Of a stretch of 64,000 nt of DNA, positions 1-8,992 are shown in pieces. This DNA is from a bacterium (GTDB taxonomy: Bacteria; Krumholzibacteriota; Krumholzibacteriia; LZORAL124-64-63), in NCBI GenBank assembly GCA_016719645.1, contig JADJYS010000001.1:518558-582557 (forward strand), in the 5' to 3' direction. The notes below the pieces were generated by a model. That model did no database searches and was not told the DNA's origin. It saw nothing but the letters and a program-made list of their open reading frames with translations. Position 1 is the stretch's first letter; every line of letters begins with the position of its first letter. The translations under genes were made by a program, and so were the position numbers.

Positions 1-895
1 GACCGTCGTGCTGCGCAAGACGGGCCTCGTCGACGAGCGCGCCGGCTCCAGCCGCTGGCTGTCGTTCCTGCCGGTCCAGCCCGTGGAGATCGTCAAGGTC
101 GCGCTGGTGCTCTTCCTCGCGCAGCAGTGCGCCGGCGGCTTCGAACGCCTGCGCCGCGACGACCGCCGCTTCTGGACGGCGCTGGCGATCCCCGCCGTCG
201 CGATGATCGCCCTGGCCCTGCAGCCGAACTACGGCAACGCGGCGATGATGGGGCTGCTGACGCTGGTCATGCTGACGCTCAGCGGCCTGCCGCTGCGGAT
301 CCTGGGCTGGCTGGGCGCCGGCGCCGTGGGGGTGTCGGCCCTGGGCTTCTTCACGATCGCCAAGATCAACCACCGCCTGGTCCTGTGGTGGCTGGGCATC
401 AAGGACGGCACGATCGACCCGCGCGCCGACGACAAGCTCTACCAGGTCTACCAGTCGCTGCTGGGCCTGGGCGCCGGCGGCTGGCACGGCACGGGGATCG
501 GGGCCAGCCAGCAGCGCTTCGCCTTCCTGCCGGACGCGCACACGGACTTCATCTTCTCGGTCGTCGGGGAGGAGCTGGGCCTGGCGGGGGGGCTGGTCAC
601 GCTTTTTCTGTTTGTGCTGCTGGGCTGGCGCGGTTATAACATCGCACGCAACGCGGGCGACGAGTTCGGCAGCCTGGTCGCCGCCGGGTTGACCACGATG
701 CTGCTGGCGTACGCGGCCATCAACATCGGCATGGTCACCGGCGTGCTGCCCGTCATGGGCCTGCCGCTGCCCTTCATCAGCTACGGCGGCTCCGCGCTGA
801 TCACGAACCTGGCGGCGGTGGGCATCCTGCTGAGCATCGACCGCCAGGGACGCGCCCTGCGCGCCAGGAAGGTGCGGGTGATCGGACGCCCCTGA
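1..895 (+). CDS. ftsW: Cell division protein FtsW (SEDS family), 5'-truncated by the window edge
   Basis: Polytopic membrane protein with FtsW/RodA-type motifs (GLGAGGWHGTGIGASQQRFAFLPDAHTDFIFS ... GLPLPFISYGGSALI). It is followed directly by murG and murC. The ORF at 8..895 has no upstream stop, so the gene continues 5' of the window. Confidence 0.85.
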   Translation, partial: TVVLRKTGLVDERAGSSRWLSFLPVQPVEIVKVALVLFLAQQCAGGFERLRRDDRRFWTALAIPAVAMIALALQPNYGNAAMMGLLTLVMLTLSGLPLRILGWLGAGAVGVSALGFFTIAKINHRLVLWWLGIKDGTIDPRADDKLYQVYQSLLGLGAGGWHGTGIGASQQRFAFLPDAHTDFIFSVVGEELGLAGGLVTLFLFVLLGWRGYNIARNAGDEFGSLVAAGLTTMLLAYAAINIGMVTGVLPVMGLPLPFISYGGSALITNLAAVGILLSIDRQGRALRARKVRVIGRP

Positions 896-925
896 GGCGG
901 CCCGGCCGGCCTGCGGAGGAGATTC

Positions 926-2122
926 ATGAACCCGCGCCGCGGCCAACGCCATCCCGATCCGGCCGCGCCGATCAGGGTCGTCCTGGCGGGCGGCGGCACC
1001 GGCGGGCACATCTACCCCGCCCTGGCCGTCGCCGAAGCGCTGCGCAGCCTGGAACCGCAGGCCCGACTGCTCTACCTGGGCACCCGTCAGGGCCTGGAGT
1101 CGAAGCTGGTGCCCGCCGCCGGCCTGGAACTGCTCCACGTCGCGGCGTCCGGCTACCGGGGGCTCGGCCCCGTCGCCCGGGTCCGCTTCGCCGCCAATCT
1201 GGTCCTGGGCGTCCTGCAGAGCCTGGCGGCGCTGCGCCGCTTCCGGCCGGACGTGGTGCTGGGCAGCGGCGGCTTCGTCAGCCTGCCGGTCGGCCTGGCG
1301 GCCCGCGCGCTGCGCTGCCCGCTGGCCCTGCAGGAGCAGAACGCGATCCCCGGCAGCACCAACCGACTGCTGGGTCGCTGGGCGCGGCGCGTCTACCTCG
1401 GTTTCGCCGAGGCGGCGCCCTACTTTCCGGCCGGCCGCGGCCGCGACACCGGCAATCCGGTCCGCGCCGCCTTCGCCGGGGCCCTGCAGGAGGGCCCCCG
1501 CGCCGCGGACGGGGAGGGCCGCCCCGCCGGAACCGACGGCGTCTGCCACGTGCTGGTGTTCGGCGGCAGCCGCGGCGCGCGCACCCTCAACCGCGCCGTG
1601 GTCGACGCGGCACGGGGCGTCTGGGCGTCGCGCACCGACGTGTCGCTGTGGGCGCAGACCGGGCCCGAGGAGCACGAGGCCGTGACGCGCGGCTGCGCCG
1701 GCCGGCTCGGCGCGACGCGCATCGCGCCCTACATCGACGACATGCCCGCGGCCCTGCGCTGGGCCGACGTGGTGGTCTGCCGCGCGGGCGCGATGACGCT
1801 GGCCGAGCTGGCGGCCGCGGGCTGCGCCGCGGTGCTGGTACCCTACCCGCACGCCACCGACCAGCACCAGCTGCGCAACGCCAAGTCGCGCGAGGACGCG
1901 GGCGCCGCCCTGCTGCTGCTGGACGAGCTGTGCACGGGCGAGTCCCTGGCCGCGTGCGTGGACGGGCTGCGGCGCGACCCCGCGCGGCTGCGGGCCATGG
2001 CGTCGGCCGCGCGGCGCGCCGCCCGGCCCGACGCGGCGATGGAGATCGCCGCCGACCTGATGCGGCTGGCCGGCCGCCTGCCCGCCGACGCGGGCGGCCC
2101 CGGCGCCGCGGCCGCCAGGTAA
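926..2122 (+). CDS. murG: UDP-GlcNAc:undecaprenyl-PP-MurNAc-pentapeptide GlcNAc transferase
   Basis: N-terminal GGTGGHIYPALAVAEAL motif. ATG at 926 is preceded by GGAGGA. Sits in dcw order between ftsW and murC. Confidence 0.9.
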   Translation: MNPRRGQRHPDPAAPIRVVLAGGGTGGHIYPALAVAEALRSLEPQARLLYLGTRQGLESKLVPAAGLELLHVAASGYRGLGPVARVRFAANLVLGVLQSLAALRRFRPDVVLGSGGFVSLPVGLAARALRCPLALQEQNAIPGSTNRLLGRWARRVYLGFAEAAPYFPAGRGRDTGNPVRAAFAGALQEGPRAADGEGRPAGTDGVCHVLVFGGSRGARTLNRAVVDAARGVWASRTDVSLWAQTGPEEHEAVTRGCAGRLGATRIAPYIDDMPAALRWADVVVCRAGAMTLAELAAAGCAAVLVPYPHATDQHQLRNAKSREDAGAALLLLDELCTGESLAACVDGLRRDPARLRAMASAARRAARPDAAMEIAADLMRLAGRLPADAGGPGAAAAR

Positions 2123-2134
2123 CAAGGAGCTGCC

Positions 2135-3508
2135 GTGTTCCGCAACACCCGCCACGTCCACCTCGTCGCCATCGGCGGCATCGGCATGAGCGGCATCGCC
2201 GAGATCCTGCTGAACCTCGGCTTCCGCGTCAGCGGCAGCGACCTGCGCGCGTCCGAGGCGACCGAGCGGCTCGCGCGGCTCGGGGCGTCGATCGCGATCG
2301 GGCACCGCGACGAGCAGGTGCGGGGCGCCGACGTCGTGGTCTACTCGTCGGCCGTCACGCGCGTCAACTCCGAGGTCACCGAAGCGCGGCGTCTCGGGAT
2401 CCCGGTCATCCGGCGCGCGGAGATGCTCGCCGAACTGATGCGCCTGAAGTACGGCATCGCCGTGGCCGGCTCGCACGGCAAGACGACCACCACCTCGCTG
2501 GTGGCCGAAGTGCTGGCCGCGGGCGGGCTGGACCCGACCGTCCTGGTGGGCGGCCGCGCGCTGGCGACCGGGGCGAACGCCGTGCTCGGGGGCGGCGACT
2601 ACCTGGTGGCCGAAGCCGACGAGAGCGACGGCACCTTCCTGCACCTGGTGCCGACGGTGGCGGTGGTCACCAACATCGACCACGAGCACGTCGACTTCTA
2701 TCCGGAGATGGACGACCTGCGCGCCGCCTTCCGCGCCTTCCTGGCGCGCGTGCCGTTCTACGGGGCGTGCGTGCTCTGCCAGGACGATCCCGAGGTGCGC
2801 GCGCTGATCCCGCACCTCGAGCGCAAGGTCATCACCTACGGCCTCGGCGAGGACGCCGACGTGCGCGGGCTGCCCGACCCGCAGCGCCCCGGCGCCGCGA
2901 CCGTGCTGGCGGGCGGGCGCGAGCTCGGGCGCCTCGAACTGCGCCTGCGCGGGCGGCACAACCTGGCCAACGCGCTGGCGGCGGTGGCCGTCGGCATGGA
3001 ACTGGGCGTCCCCTTCGCGCTGGCGGCCCGGGCCCTGGGCGGTTTCGCGGGCGTCGGCCGCCGCTACCAGGAGCACGGGGAGCCGGGCGGCGTGCGCGTG
3101 GTCGACGACTACGGGCACCACCCCACCGAGATCGCGGCCACCCTCGCCGTCGCGCGCGACGAGGGGCGCCGGCTGGTCGTGCTGTTCCAGCCCCACCGCT
3201 TCTCGCGCACCCTGCGCTTCGCCGACGAGTTCGCCGACGCCCTGGCGGCGGCCGACGCCGTGGGCCTGCTGCCGGTGTACGCCGCGAGCGAGGAGCCGTT
3301 GCCCGGCGTCGGCAGCGGGCTGATCGCGGCCGCGCTCGCGCGCAAGGGACGCGAAGCGACCGCTCTGCTGGAGGGCCCCGACGACGTCGCGCGCTGGCTC
3401 GACGCGACGGTGGCCGCGGGCGACCTGCTGGTCACCCTGGGCGCCGGCGACATCGGCCGCCTGGTCGGGCCCGTGTGCGAGCACCTGGCGCGCAGGGGCG
3501 CGGCATGA
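2135..3508 (+). CDS. murC: UDP-N-acetylmuramate--L-alanine ligase
   Basis: N-terminal HLVAIGGIGMSGIAEILLNLGFRVSGSD plus the Mur ligase ATP site GSHGKTTTTS. GTG start after AAGGAG. Its stop overlaps the ftsQ start (ATGA). Confidence 0.9.
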   Translation: MFRNTRHVHLVAIGGIGMSGIAEILLNLGFRVSGSDLRASEATERLARLGASIAIGHRDEQVRGADVVVYSSAVTRVNSEVTEARRLGIPVIRRAEMLAELMRLKYGIAVAGSHGKTTTTSLVAEVLAAGGLDPTVLVGGRALATGANAVLGGGDYLVAEADESDGTFLHLVPTVAVVTNIDHEHVDFYPEMDDLRAAFRAFLARVPFYGACVLCQDDPEVRALIPHLERKVITYGLGEDADVRGLPDPQRPGAATVLAGGRELGRLELRLRGRHNLANALAAVAVGMELGVPFALAARALGGFAGVGRRYQEHGEPGGVRVVDDYGHHPTEIAATLAVARDEGRRLVVLFQPHRFSRTLRFADEFADALAAADAVGLLPVYAASEEPLPGVGSGLIAAALARKGREATALLEGPDDVARWLDATVAAGDLLVTLGAGDIGRLVGPVCEHLARRGAA

Positions 3509-4326
3509 GCGCGCCCGGCCGGCCGCCGCGGGCCGCCTCGGGCATGGCCCGCCGCCGCGCGCGCCGCCGCGACACGCGGCGGCTGCTGCTGCGCGGCGCG
3601 GCCGCGCTGGGGGTCGCCGCCGTCGTGGTCGGGGGCGCGCTCTGGCTGCTGACGTCATCGCGGTTCGCCGTGGCGCGCGTGGAGACGGACCGCTACCGGT
3701 TCAGCGACCGGGCCGAGCTGGAGTGGCGCCTGCGCTGGGCGCTGGGCCGGAACATCTGGCGCTTCGACACGGCCGCCTTCACGGACTCGCTGCGCCTGCT
3801 GCCGTGGGTCCGCGACGCCGAGGTCACGCGCCTGCTGCCCTCGACCCTGCACGTCCGCCTGCAGGAGTGGCGCCCGCAGGTCGTGGTGGCCGGCGGGGGG
3901 GACCGCGACGTGCTGATCGAGAACGGCCGGCGCCTGCGCCTGCCGGACCTGCTGCCGCCGCTGGATCTGCCGCTGCTGGTGGACCGGGTCGGCGACGGCC
4001 GCCGGAACCTGCCGCCGCGCGACGCCGAGATGCTGCGCGAGCTGGTGGAGGCCGTGCGCGGCACGGGGCTGGAGACGGCCCACCCGGTCGACTTCGTCCT
4101 GCGCGACGAGCGCGGGCTGTCGCTCGTGCTGGCCGGCGAAGGCGGGCGCCTGGTCCTCGGCCGCGAGGGGTTCACCGCGCGCCTGACGCGCTACCTGGGC
4201 GTCCGGGACAGCATCCCGGACAGCTGCATCGTCGACCTGCGCTTCCAGGGGCAGGTCACCGTCGAGAAACCGGCTCCGCCCGACACCACGGAGCCGCCGC
4301 GAGAGAAGGACGACCATGGAGCATGA
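3505..4326 (+). CDS. ftsQ: Cell division protein FtsQ (POTRA domain), start chosen inside the long frame-1 artefact ORF
   Basis: ATG at 3505 overlaps the murC stop. An Arg-rich N-terminus is followed by one TM segment (LGVAAVVVGGALWLL) and a periplasmic domain. It lies between murC and ftsA. The upstream 1648..3504 part of the same ORF is antisense/overlap artefact. Confidence 0.7.
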   Translation: MSAPGRPPRAASGMARRRARRRDTRRLLLRGAAALGVAAVVVGGALWLLTSSRFAVARVETDRYRFSDRAELEWRLRWALGRNIWRFDTAAFTDSLRLLPWVRDAEVTRLLPSTLHVRLQEWRPQVVVAGGGDRDVLIENGRRLRLPDLLPPLDLPLLVDRVGDGRRNLPPRDAEMLRELVEAVRGTGLETAHPVDFVLRDERGLSLVLAGEGGRLVLGREGFTARLTRYLGVRDSIPDSCIVDLRFQGQVTVEKPAPPDTTEPPREKDDHGA

Positions 4327-5536
4327 TGAGCTGATCGTCGCCTGCGACCTCGGCAGCACCGAATTCCGCGTCCTGGTCGCCGCCCCGTCGCCGGACGGCG
4401 GGCTCGCCGTGCTCGGCGCCGGCAGCGCCGAGGCGGCCGGGTTCCGCGACGGGGACTTCGTGGACGTCGGGTCCGGCAGCCGGGCCATCGCCAAGGCGGT
4501 GCGCGCCGCCGAGGCGTCGGCGAACGTGGACATCGCGGGCTTCTGCTACGGCATCTCCGGCTCGCACCTGCGCTCGCTGTGGGCGCGCGGGCAGCACAAG
4601 ATCGGGCCGAACCGCCGCGCCGTGGACGCGCGCGACGTCGACGCGGTCCTGGAGAAGGCCACCAGCATCGCCATCCCCTTCGACCACGCGATCCTCGCCT
4701 CGAACCCCGTGTCGTACACCGTGGACGGGATCCCGGGCGTCGTCGACCCGCTCGACCGGCCGGGTTCGCTGCTCGAGGTCGACGCCTACCTCGTGACGGG
4801 TTCCAGCAGCGTCCAGCACAACCTCGAGCACACGATCGAGAAGTCCGGCTACCACGCGGCGAGCTGGCACATCGACGCCCTGGCCACGGCCGCGGCGCTG
4901 CTCACGCCGCAGGAGCGCCAGGAGGGCGTGCTGCTCATCGACATCGGCGGCCAGCAGACGCAGTGGGTGATCCACCGCAGCGGGCGCATCGCGGGCAGCG
5001 GCGTCGTCCCCTGGGGCGGCGTGCACATGACCAACGACCTGGCCCACGGCCTGCGCGTCAGCGCCGCCGAGGCCGAGGCCATCAAGCGGCAGCGCGGCCT
5101 GGCGCTGCGCAGCCTCGCCGACGACGTGGACCCCGAGATCCTGTTCGAGGAGACCGAGCCCGACGAGTCCCCGGGCCTGATCGCCGCGATCCTCGAACCG
5201 CGCCTCGAGGAGATCGTGTCGCTCGTGAAGCGCGACATGGGTCCGGATTTCCAGCAGGCCCAGCTGCACCGCGGCGTCGTGGTGACCGGCGGCGGCTCGC
5301 GCTGCGCGGGCACCGAGCAGCTGATCGAGGAAGTGCTGTCGCTGCCGGCGCAGCGCCGCCTGTCGCCGCTGGGCCTGTCCGGCGGCAAGCCGCTGCCGGA
5401 GGGCCAGTGGGCCACCGCGGTCGGCCTGGCCTACTGGGCGCTGGGCGGCGGCCAGGACGCCGGCCCGGGCGGCGAGCCCGGGGAACCGCCCCACAAGCCG
5501 AAGGGCTGGCTCGGCGGGCTGTTCCGCCGGCGTTGA
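4316..5536 (+). CDS. ftsA: Cell division protein FtsA (actin-like ATPase)
   Basis: N-terminal IVACDLGSTEFRVLVAA and the actin-fold glycine loops (LLIDIGGQQTQ, VVVTGGGS). Positioned immediately upstream of ftsZ. Confidence 0.9.
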   Translation: MEHDELIVACDLGSTEFRVLVAAPSPDGGLAVLGAGSAEAAGFRDGDFVDVGSGSRAIAKAVRAAEASANVDIAGFCYGISGSHLRSLWARGQHKIGPNRRAVDARDVDAVLEKATSIAIPFDHAILASNPVSYTVDGIPGVVDPLDRPGSLLEVDAYLVTGSSSVQHNLEHTIEKSGYHAASWHIDALATAAALLTPQERQEGVLLIDIGGQQTQWVIHRSGRIAGSGVVPWGGVHMTNDLAHGLRVSAAEAEAIKRQRGLALRSLADDVDPEILFEETEPDESPGLIAAILEPRLEEIVSLVKRDMGPDFQQAQLHRGVVVTGGGSRCAGTEQLIEEVLSLPAQRRLSPLGLSGGKPLPEGQWATAVGLAYWALGGGQDAGPGGEPGEPPHKPKGWLGGLFRRR

Positions 5537-5669
5537 GCCCGGAGGAAAAAACCACGACCCGTGGGGAAAAACCTGTTGGACACCCCCAGCATGATGTGTT
5601 AAGAAAGAAGCCAGCATACCCGTTGAGATCCACCGACGGCACACCCGATCACGGAGGAGAGGGGCTGTC

Positions 5670-7292
5670 ATGTTCGAACTCGTTGAACCCACCGAGAGGC
5701 TCGCCAGGATCCGCGTCGCCGGCGTCGGCGGCGCCGGCGGCAACGCCATCAACCGCATGATCGATTCCGGCCTGGACGGGGTCGACTTCATCGCGGTCAA
5801 CACGGACCTGCAGGCCCTGCACTCCTCGCGCGCCGACACGGTGCTGCAGATCGGCTGCGTGACCACGCGCGGCCTCGGCTCCGGGGGCGACCCCGACGTC
5901 GGCCGGCACGCCGTCGTCGAGGACGAGACGCTGGTCCGCGACGCGCTCGAAGGCAGCGACATGGTGTTCGTCACCGCCGGCATGGGCGGCGGCACCGGCA
6001 CCGGCGCCGCGCCGGTCGTGGCCCGCATCGCCCGCGAGCTCGGCGCGCTGACCGTCGGCGTCGTCACCAAGCCGTTCCGCTTCGAGGGCCGCGTCCGCCT
6101 GCGCCAGGCGGAAGCCGGCCTCGCGGAGCTGCGCGAGTCGGTGGACACGCTGATCGTGATCCCCAACGAGCGGCTGCTCGAGGTCGTGCCGCCGGACACG
6201 TCGATGACCGAGGCCTTCCGCTTCGCCGACACGGTCCTCTACGAGGCGACCCGCGGCATCCACGACATCATCATGAAACCGCACATGGTGAACCTCGATT
6301 TCGCCGACGTGCGCTCGGTGATGCAGGGCATGGGCGTCGCGCTGATGGGGACGGGCAAGGCGTCCGGCGAGAACCGCGCCGAGACCGCGGCGCGCGCGGC
6401 CATCAGCTCGCCGCTGCTCGAGGACGTCGACATCCGCGGCGCGAAGGGCGTGCTGGTGAACCTCACCAGCGCCGAGGTCAGCCTGAAGGAGACCAACGCC
6501 GTGATGAGCCTCGTGCAGGAGGCCGCCGGCGACCAGGCCCACATCATCTTCGGCTACGGCATCGAGCCCGATCTGGGCGACCTGCTGCAGGTCACGGTGA
6601 TCGCCACCGGTTTCGACCGCGGGGGCGTCTACGAGCCCGTGGCGAAGCCCGCCGTCGCCGCCGCCGAGATCCCGGCCGAGGCCGCGGTGGAACCCGTCAT
6701 GACCGCGGAGGCGCCGGCCGCGGCCGAGCCCGACGCCGGTCTGGCCGACGACGGGCTGCTCGAGGACGGCGAGGCCGACATCGCCGAGGCCGCCGCCGCG
6801 ACCCCGTTCGCCGCCGCGCGGCTCGACGAGACGCCGGTCCTGTCGTTCGTCGATTTCGAACCCGACTTCGCCGAGCCCGCCGCCGCAGACGAGCCCGCCG
6901 CCGAGGACGAACCCGCCTGCGAGGACGTGCTCGCGTTCGAGCCCGCGGCCGGGCACGACGACGAGGCGGCGAGCGAGGCCGAGCCCGCGCCGCCGTTCCT
7001 GCGCGTGATGGCCGCCGCCGCCGGCACGGCCGCGGTGTCGGCCGCTGCGCCGGCCGCGCCGGCGTGGCCCGGAACCGGCGCGACGCTGCGCTTCGACGAC
7101 GAAGAGGCGCCGGCGCCGGCCGCCGCGGTCGCACGCGCCGCGCGCGTCGATTCCAACGTGGTGCCCCTGCACGAGGTGCGGGAGCTGTCCGAGCGCCTGG
7201 CGCCGTCGGGACGGCGCACGGCCGCGCCGGTCGGGGAAGCGTCGCGGCGCGATCTCTCGGAGCCCGCGTACACCCGCAAATACCTGGACTGA
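5670..7292 (+). CDS. ftsZ: Cell division GTPase FtsZ, with a long Ala/Glu/Pro-rich C-terminal linker
   Basis: Tubulin signature GVGGAGGNAINRMI plus TAGMGGGTGTGAAPVVA. 540 aa, with a conserved C-terminal peptide (PAYTRKYLD). A lower-GC promoter-like leader lies at 5537-5669. Confidence 0.95.
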   Translation: MFELVEPTERLARIRVAGVGGAGGNAINRMIDSGLDGVDFIAVNTDLQALHSSRADTVLQIGCVTTRGLGSGGDPDVGRHAVVEDETLVRDALEGSDMVFVTAGMGGGTGTGAAPVVARIARELGALTVGVVTKPFRFEGRVRLRQAEAGLAELRESVDTLIVIPNERLLEVVPPDTSMTEAFRFADTVLYEATRGIHDIIMKPHMVNLDFADVRSVMQGMGVALMGTGKASGENRAETAARAAISSPLLEDVDIRGAKGVLVNLTSAEVSLKETNAVMSLVQEAAGDQAHIIFGYGIEPDLGDLLQVTVIATGFDRGGVYEPVAKPAVAAAEIPAEAAVEPVMTAEAPAAAEPDAGLADDGLLEDGEADIAEAAAATPFAAARLDETPVLSFVDFEPDFAEPAAADEPAAEDEPACEDVLAFEPAAGHDDEAASEAEPAPPFLRVMAAAAGTAAVSAAAPAAPAWPGTGATLRFDDEEAPAPAAAVARAARVDSNVVPLHEVRELSERLAPSGRRTAAPVGEASRRDLSEPAYTRKYLD

Positions 7293-7293
7293 A

Positions 7294-8943
7294 ATGCCGC
7301 TGTGGGGCAAATGGTGGGGACGCCGGAGTGATGATGCGCATCACTCCGGCGTCGCGCTTTGCGAGCAGGGCCGCTACGCCGAAGCCCTGCCCCTGCTGCG
7401 CGCGAACGATGCCCGCCGCGAGGGGAGGCCGGCCCCGCTCACGGATTTCCACCTGCGCCAGTGCCTGACCCAGCTGGGGCGCCAGCTGGTGGGCGCGGGC
7501 GATCCGGCCGGCGCCGTCCCGCTGTTCGCCGAGGCCGCCGAGCGCTGGCCCACCTACCCCGATCTCCACTTCTGGCACGGGATCGCGCTCGCCTCCACGG
7601 CGCGCTGGGAAGAGGCGCTGGCGGCGGCGCGGGCGGCCCTGCACTACAACGCCGACTACGTCGAGGGCCGCCTGCTCGAGGCCGGCGCGCTGGTGAGCCT
7701 GGACGCGGCCGACCTGGCGGCGGCCAGCCTCAACGCGCTGCTGGCCAGCGGCCGGCGGATCGAGCACCCGCTGATCCGCCTGCTGGCGGGAGCCGGCCGC
7801 TTCACCGCCGCGAACCTGCCGGACAATCTGCTCGCCCTGCTGCGCGAAGCCGCGGACGAGGCCCGCGACGGCGACCGCGTCCGCGCGGCCGTCGAGACCT
7901 GCCGCTCCGGCGACTGGGACGAGGGCATCGCGCGCATGCGCGAGCTGTGCGAGGCGAACCCCACCTATCCCGACCACCGCGTCCGCCTCGCGGCGGCGCT
8001 GTTCCAGACCGGCCGCAACACCGAGGCGCTCGCGGAGGTGGACCAGGCCCTCCACCTCAATCCCCGCTACCGCACCGCCGCCCACCTCAAGGCCCTGGTC
8101 CTGGCCGACCAGCACCGGTTCCGCGATGCCCGCGAGGTGATCCTCGCCCAGGACGAGCTGACCGACCCCGTCGTCGGCCACCCCGGGGAAGCCCTGTTCT
8201 GCGCCTACCTGAACGCCTCGCTGTCGCTGCTGACGGGGCGGCGCGCCGAGGCCCGCGCCGCGCTGCAGGCCTGGCACGATCTCGCGGCGTCGTTCCCCAT
8301 GGCGGAACTGCTGCTGGCGGCCGCCGACGAGCTCGACGGCCGCCAGGACGAGGCCCGGCGCCGCCTGGAGGAACTCTGCGACAAGTGGTTCCTCGACGCC
8401 GATTACCACCACTTCCTGGGTTGCCACCTGCTGGCGGCGCGGCGCTGGGACCGCCTCGGCAAGCTGCTGGACCAGTGGCCGGGCGCCGACCGGGTCCCGC
8501 CGGACACGCGGCCCGCCTACCTGGCCCTGCAGATGAAGCTGGCCCAGGGGGGGACGCTCACGACGTCGGACTTCCCGGCCGCCGTCGCCGACGAACCCGC
8601 CTGGCGGCTGCTGCGCGCCCGCGCCCTGGCCGCGTCGGGCGACTGGCTCGGGGCCCTGCCGCTGCTGCGGGTGCTCGCCGACGAGGGCGAACCGGTCGAG
8701 CCGCTCGCCGCGCTGCTGGTGAAGGCCTACCTTGTCCTGGACGACACGGGGGAGGGCTTCACGCCCGACGCGGTCTCCGACGCCCTGCTCCAGGAACGGC
8801 TCGGCCTGCTGCACCGCCAGGAGCGCAGCGCGCAGGCGATGAGTCTGCTGCGACGCCGCCGGGAACTCGCGCCCGAGGACCTGCGTTGGACGTGGCTCGA
8901 TCCGTCCTTCTGGCTCGATCCCATCCGCCGCTGGATCGGCTGA
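7294..8943 (+). CDS. TPR-repeat protein
   Basis: ATG lies 2 nt after the ftsZ stop. Repeated helical-hairpin TPR-like segments (YAEALPLL, YNADYVEGRLLEAGA, NPRYRTAAHLKALVL) run throughout. Confidence 0.55.
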   Translation: MPLWGKWWGRRSDDAHHSGVALCEQGRYAEALPLLRANDARREGRPAPLTDFHLRQCLTQLGRQLVGAGDPAGAVPLFAEAAERWPTYPDLHFWHGIALASTARWEEALAAARAALHYNADYVEGRLLEAGALVSLDAADLAAASLNALLASGRRIEHPLIRLLAGAGRFTAANLPDNLLALLREAADEARDGDRVRAAVETCRSGDWDEGIARMRELCEANPTYPDHRVRLAAALFQTGRNTEALAEVDQALHLNPRYRTAAHLKALVLADQHRFRDAREVILAQDELTDPVVGHPGEALFCAYLNASLSLLTGRRAEARAALQAWHDLAASFPMAELLLAAADELDGRQDEARRRLEELCDKWFLDADYHHFLGCHLLAARRWDRLGKLLDQWPGADRVPPDTRPAYLALQMKLAQGGTLTTSDFPAAVADEPAWRLLRARALAASGDWLGALPLLRVLADEGEPVEPLAALLVKAYLVLDDTGEGFTPDAVSDALLQERLGLLHRQERSAQAMSLLRRRRELAPEDLRWTWLDPSFWLDPIRRWIG

Positions 8944-8992
8944 ACCGCGCCGCGTCGGACGGTTCCGCCGCCACCGCAGATCGGAGTCGCGC

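Noticed and set aside
1648-4326. 892-aa ORF spanning murG, murC and ftsQ
   Set aside because: Only its last ~273 codons (ftsQ, from ATG 3505) are supported. Upstream it overlaps murG and murC out of frame, and its translation is Arg/Gly/Pro-rich with no motifs. It is a high-GC frame artefact.
4256-8814. Long minus-strand ORFs antisense to ftsA, ftsZ and the TPR gene (4256..6232, 5649..7310, 6697..8814)
   Set aside because: They are antisense to strongly supported genes. Their translations are low-complexity and R/G/A/P-rich, typical of open antisense frames in ~72% GC DNA.
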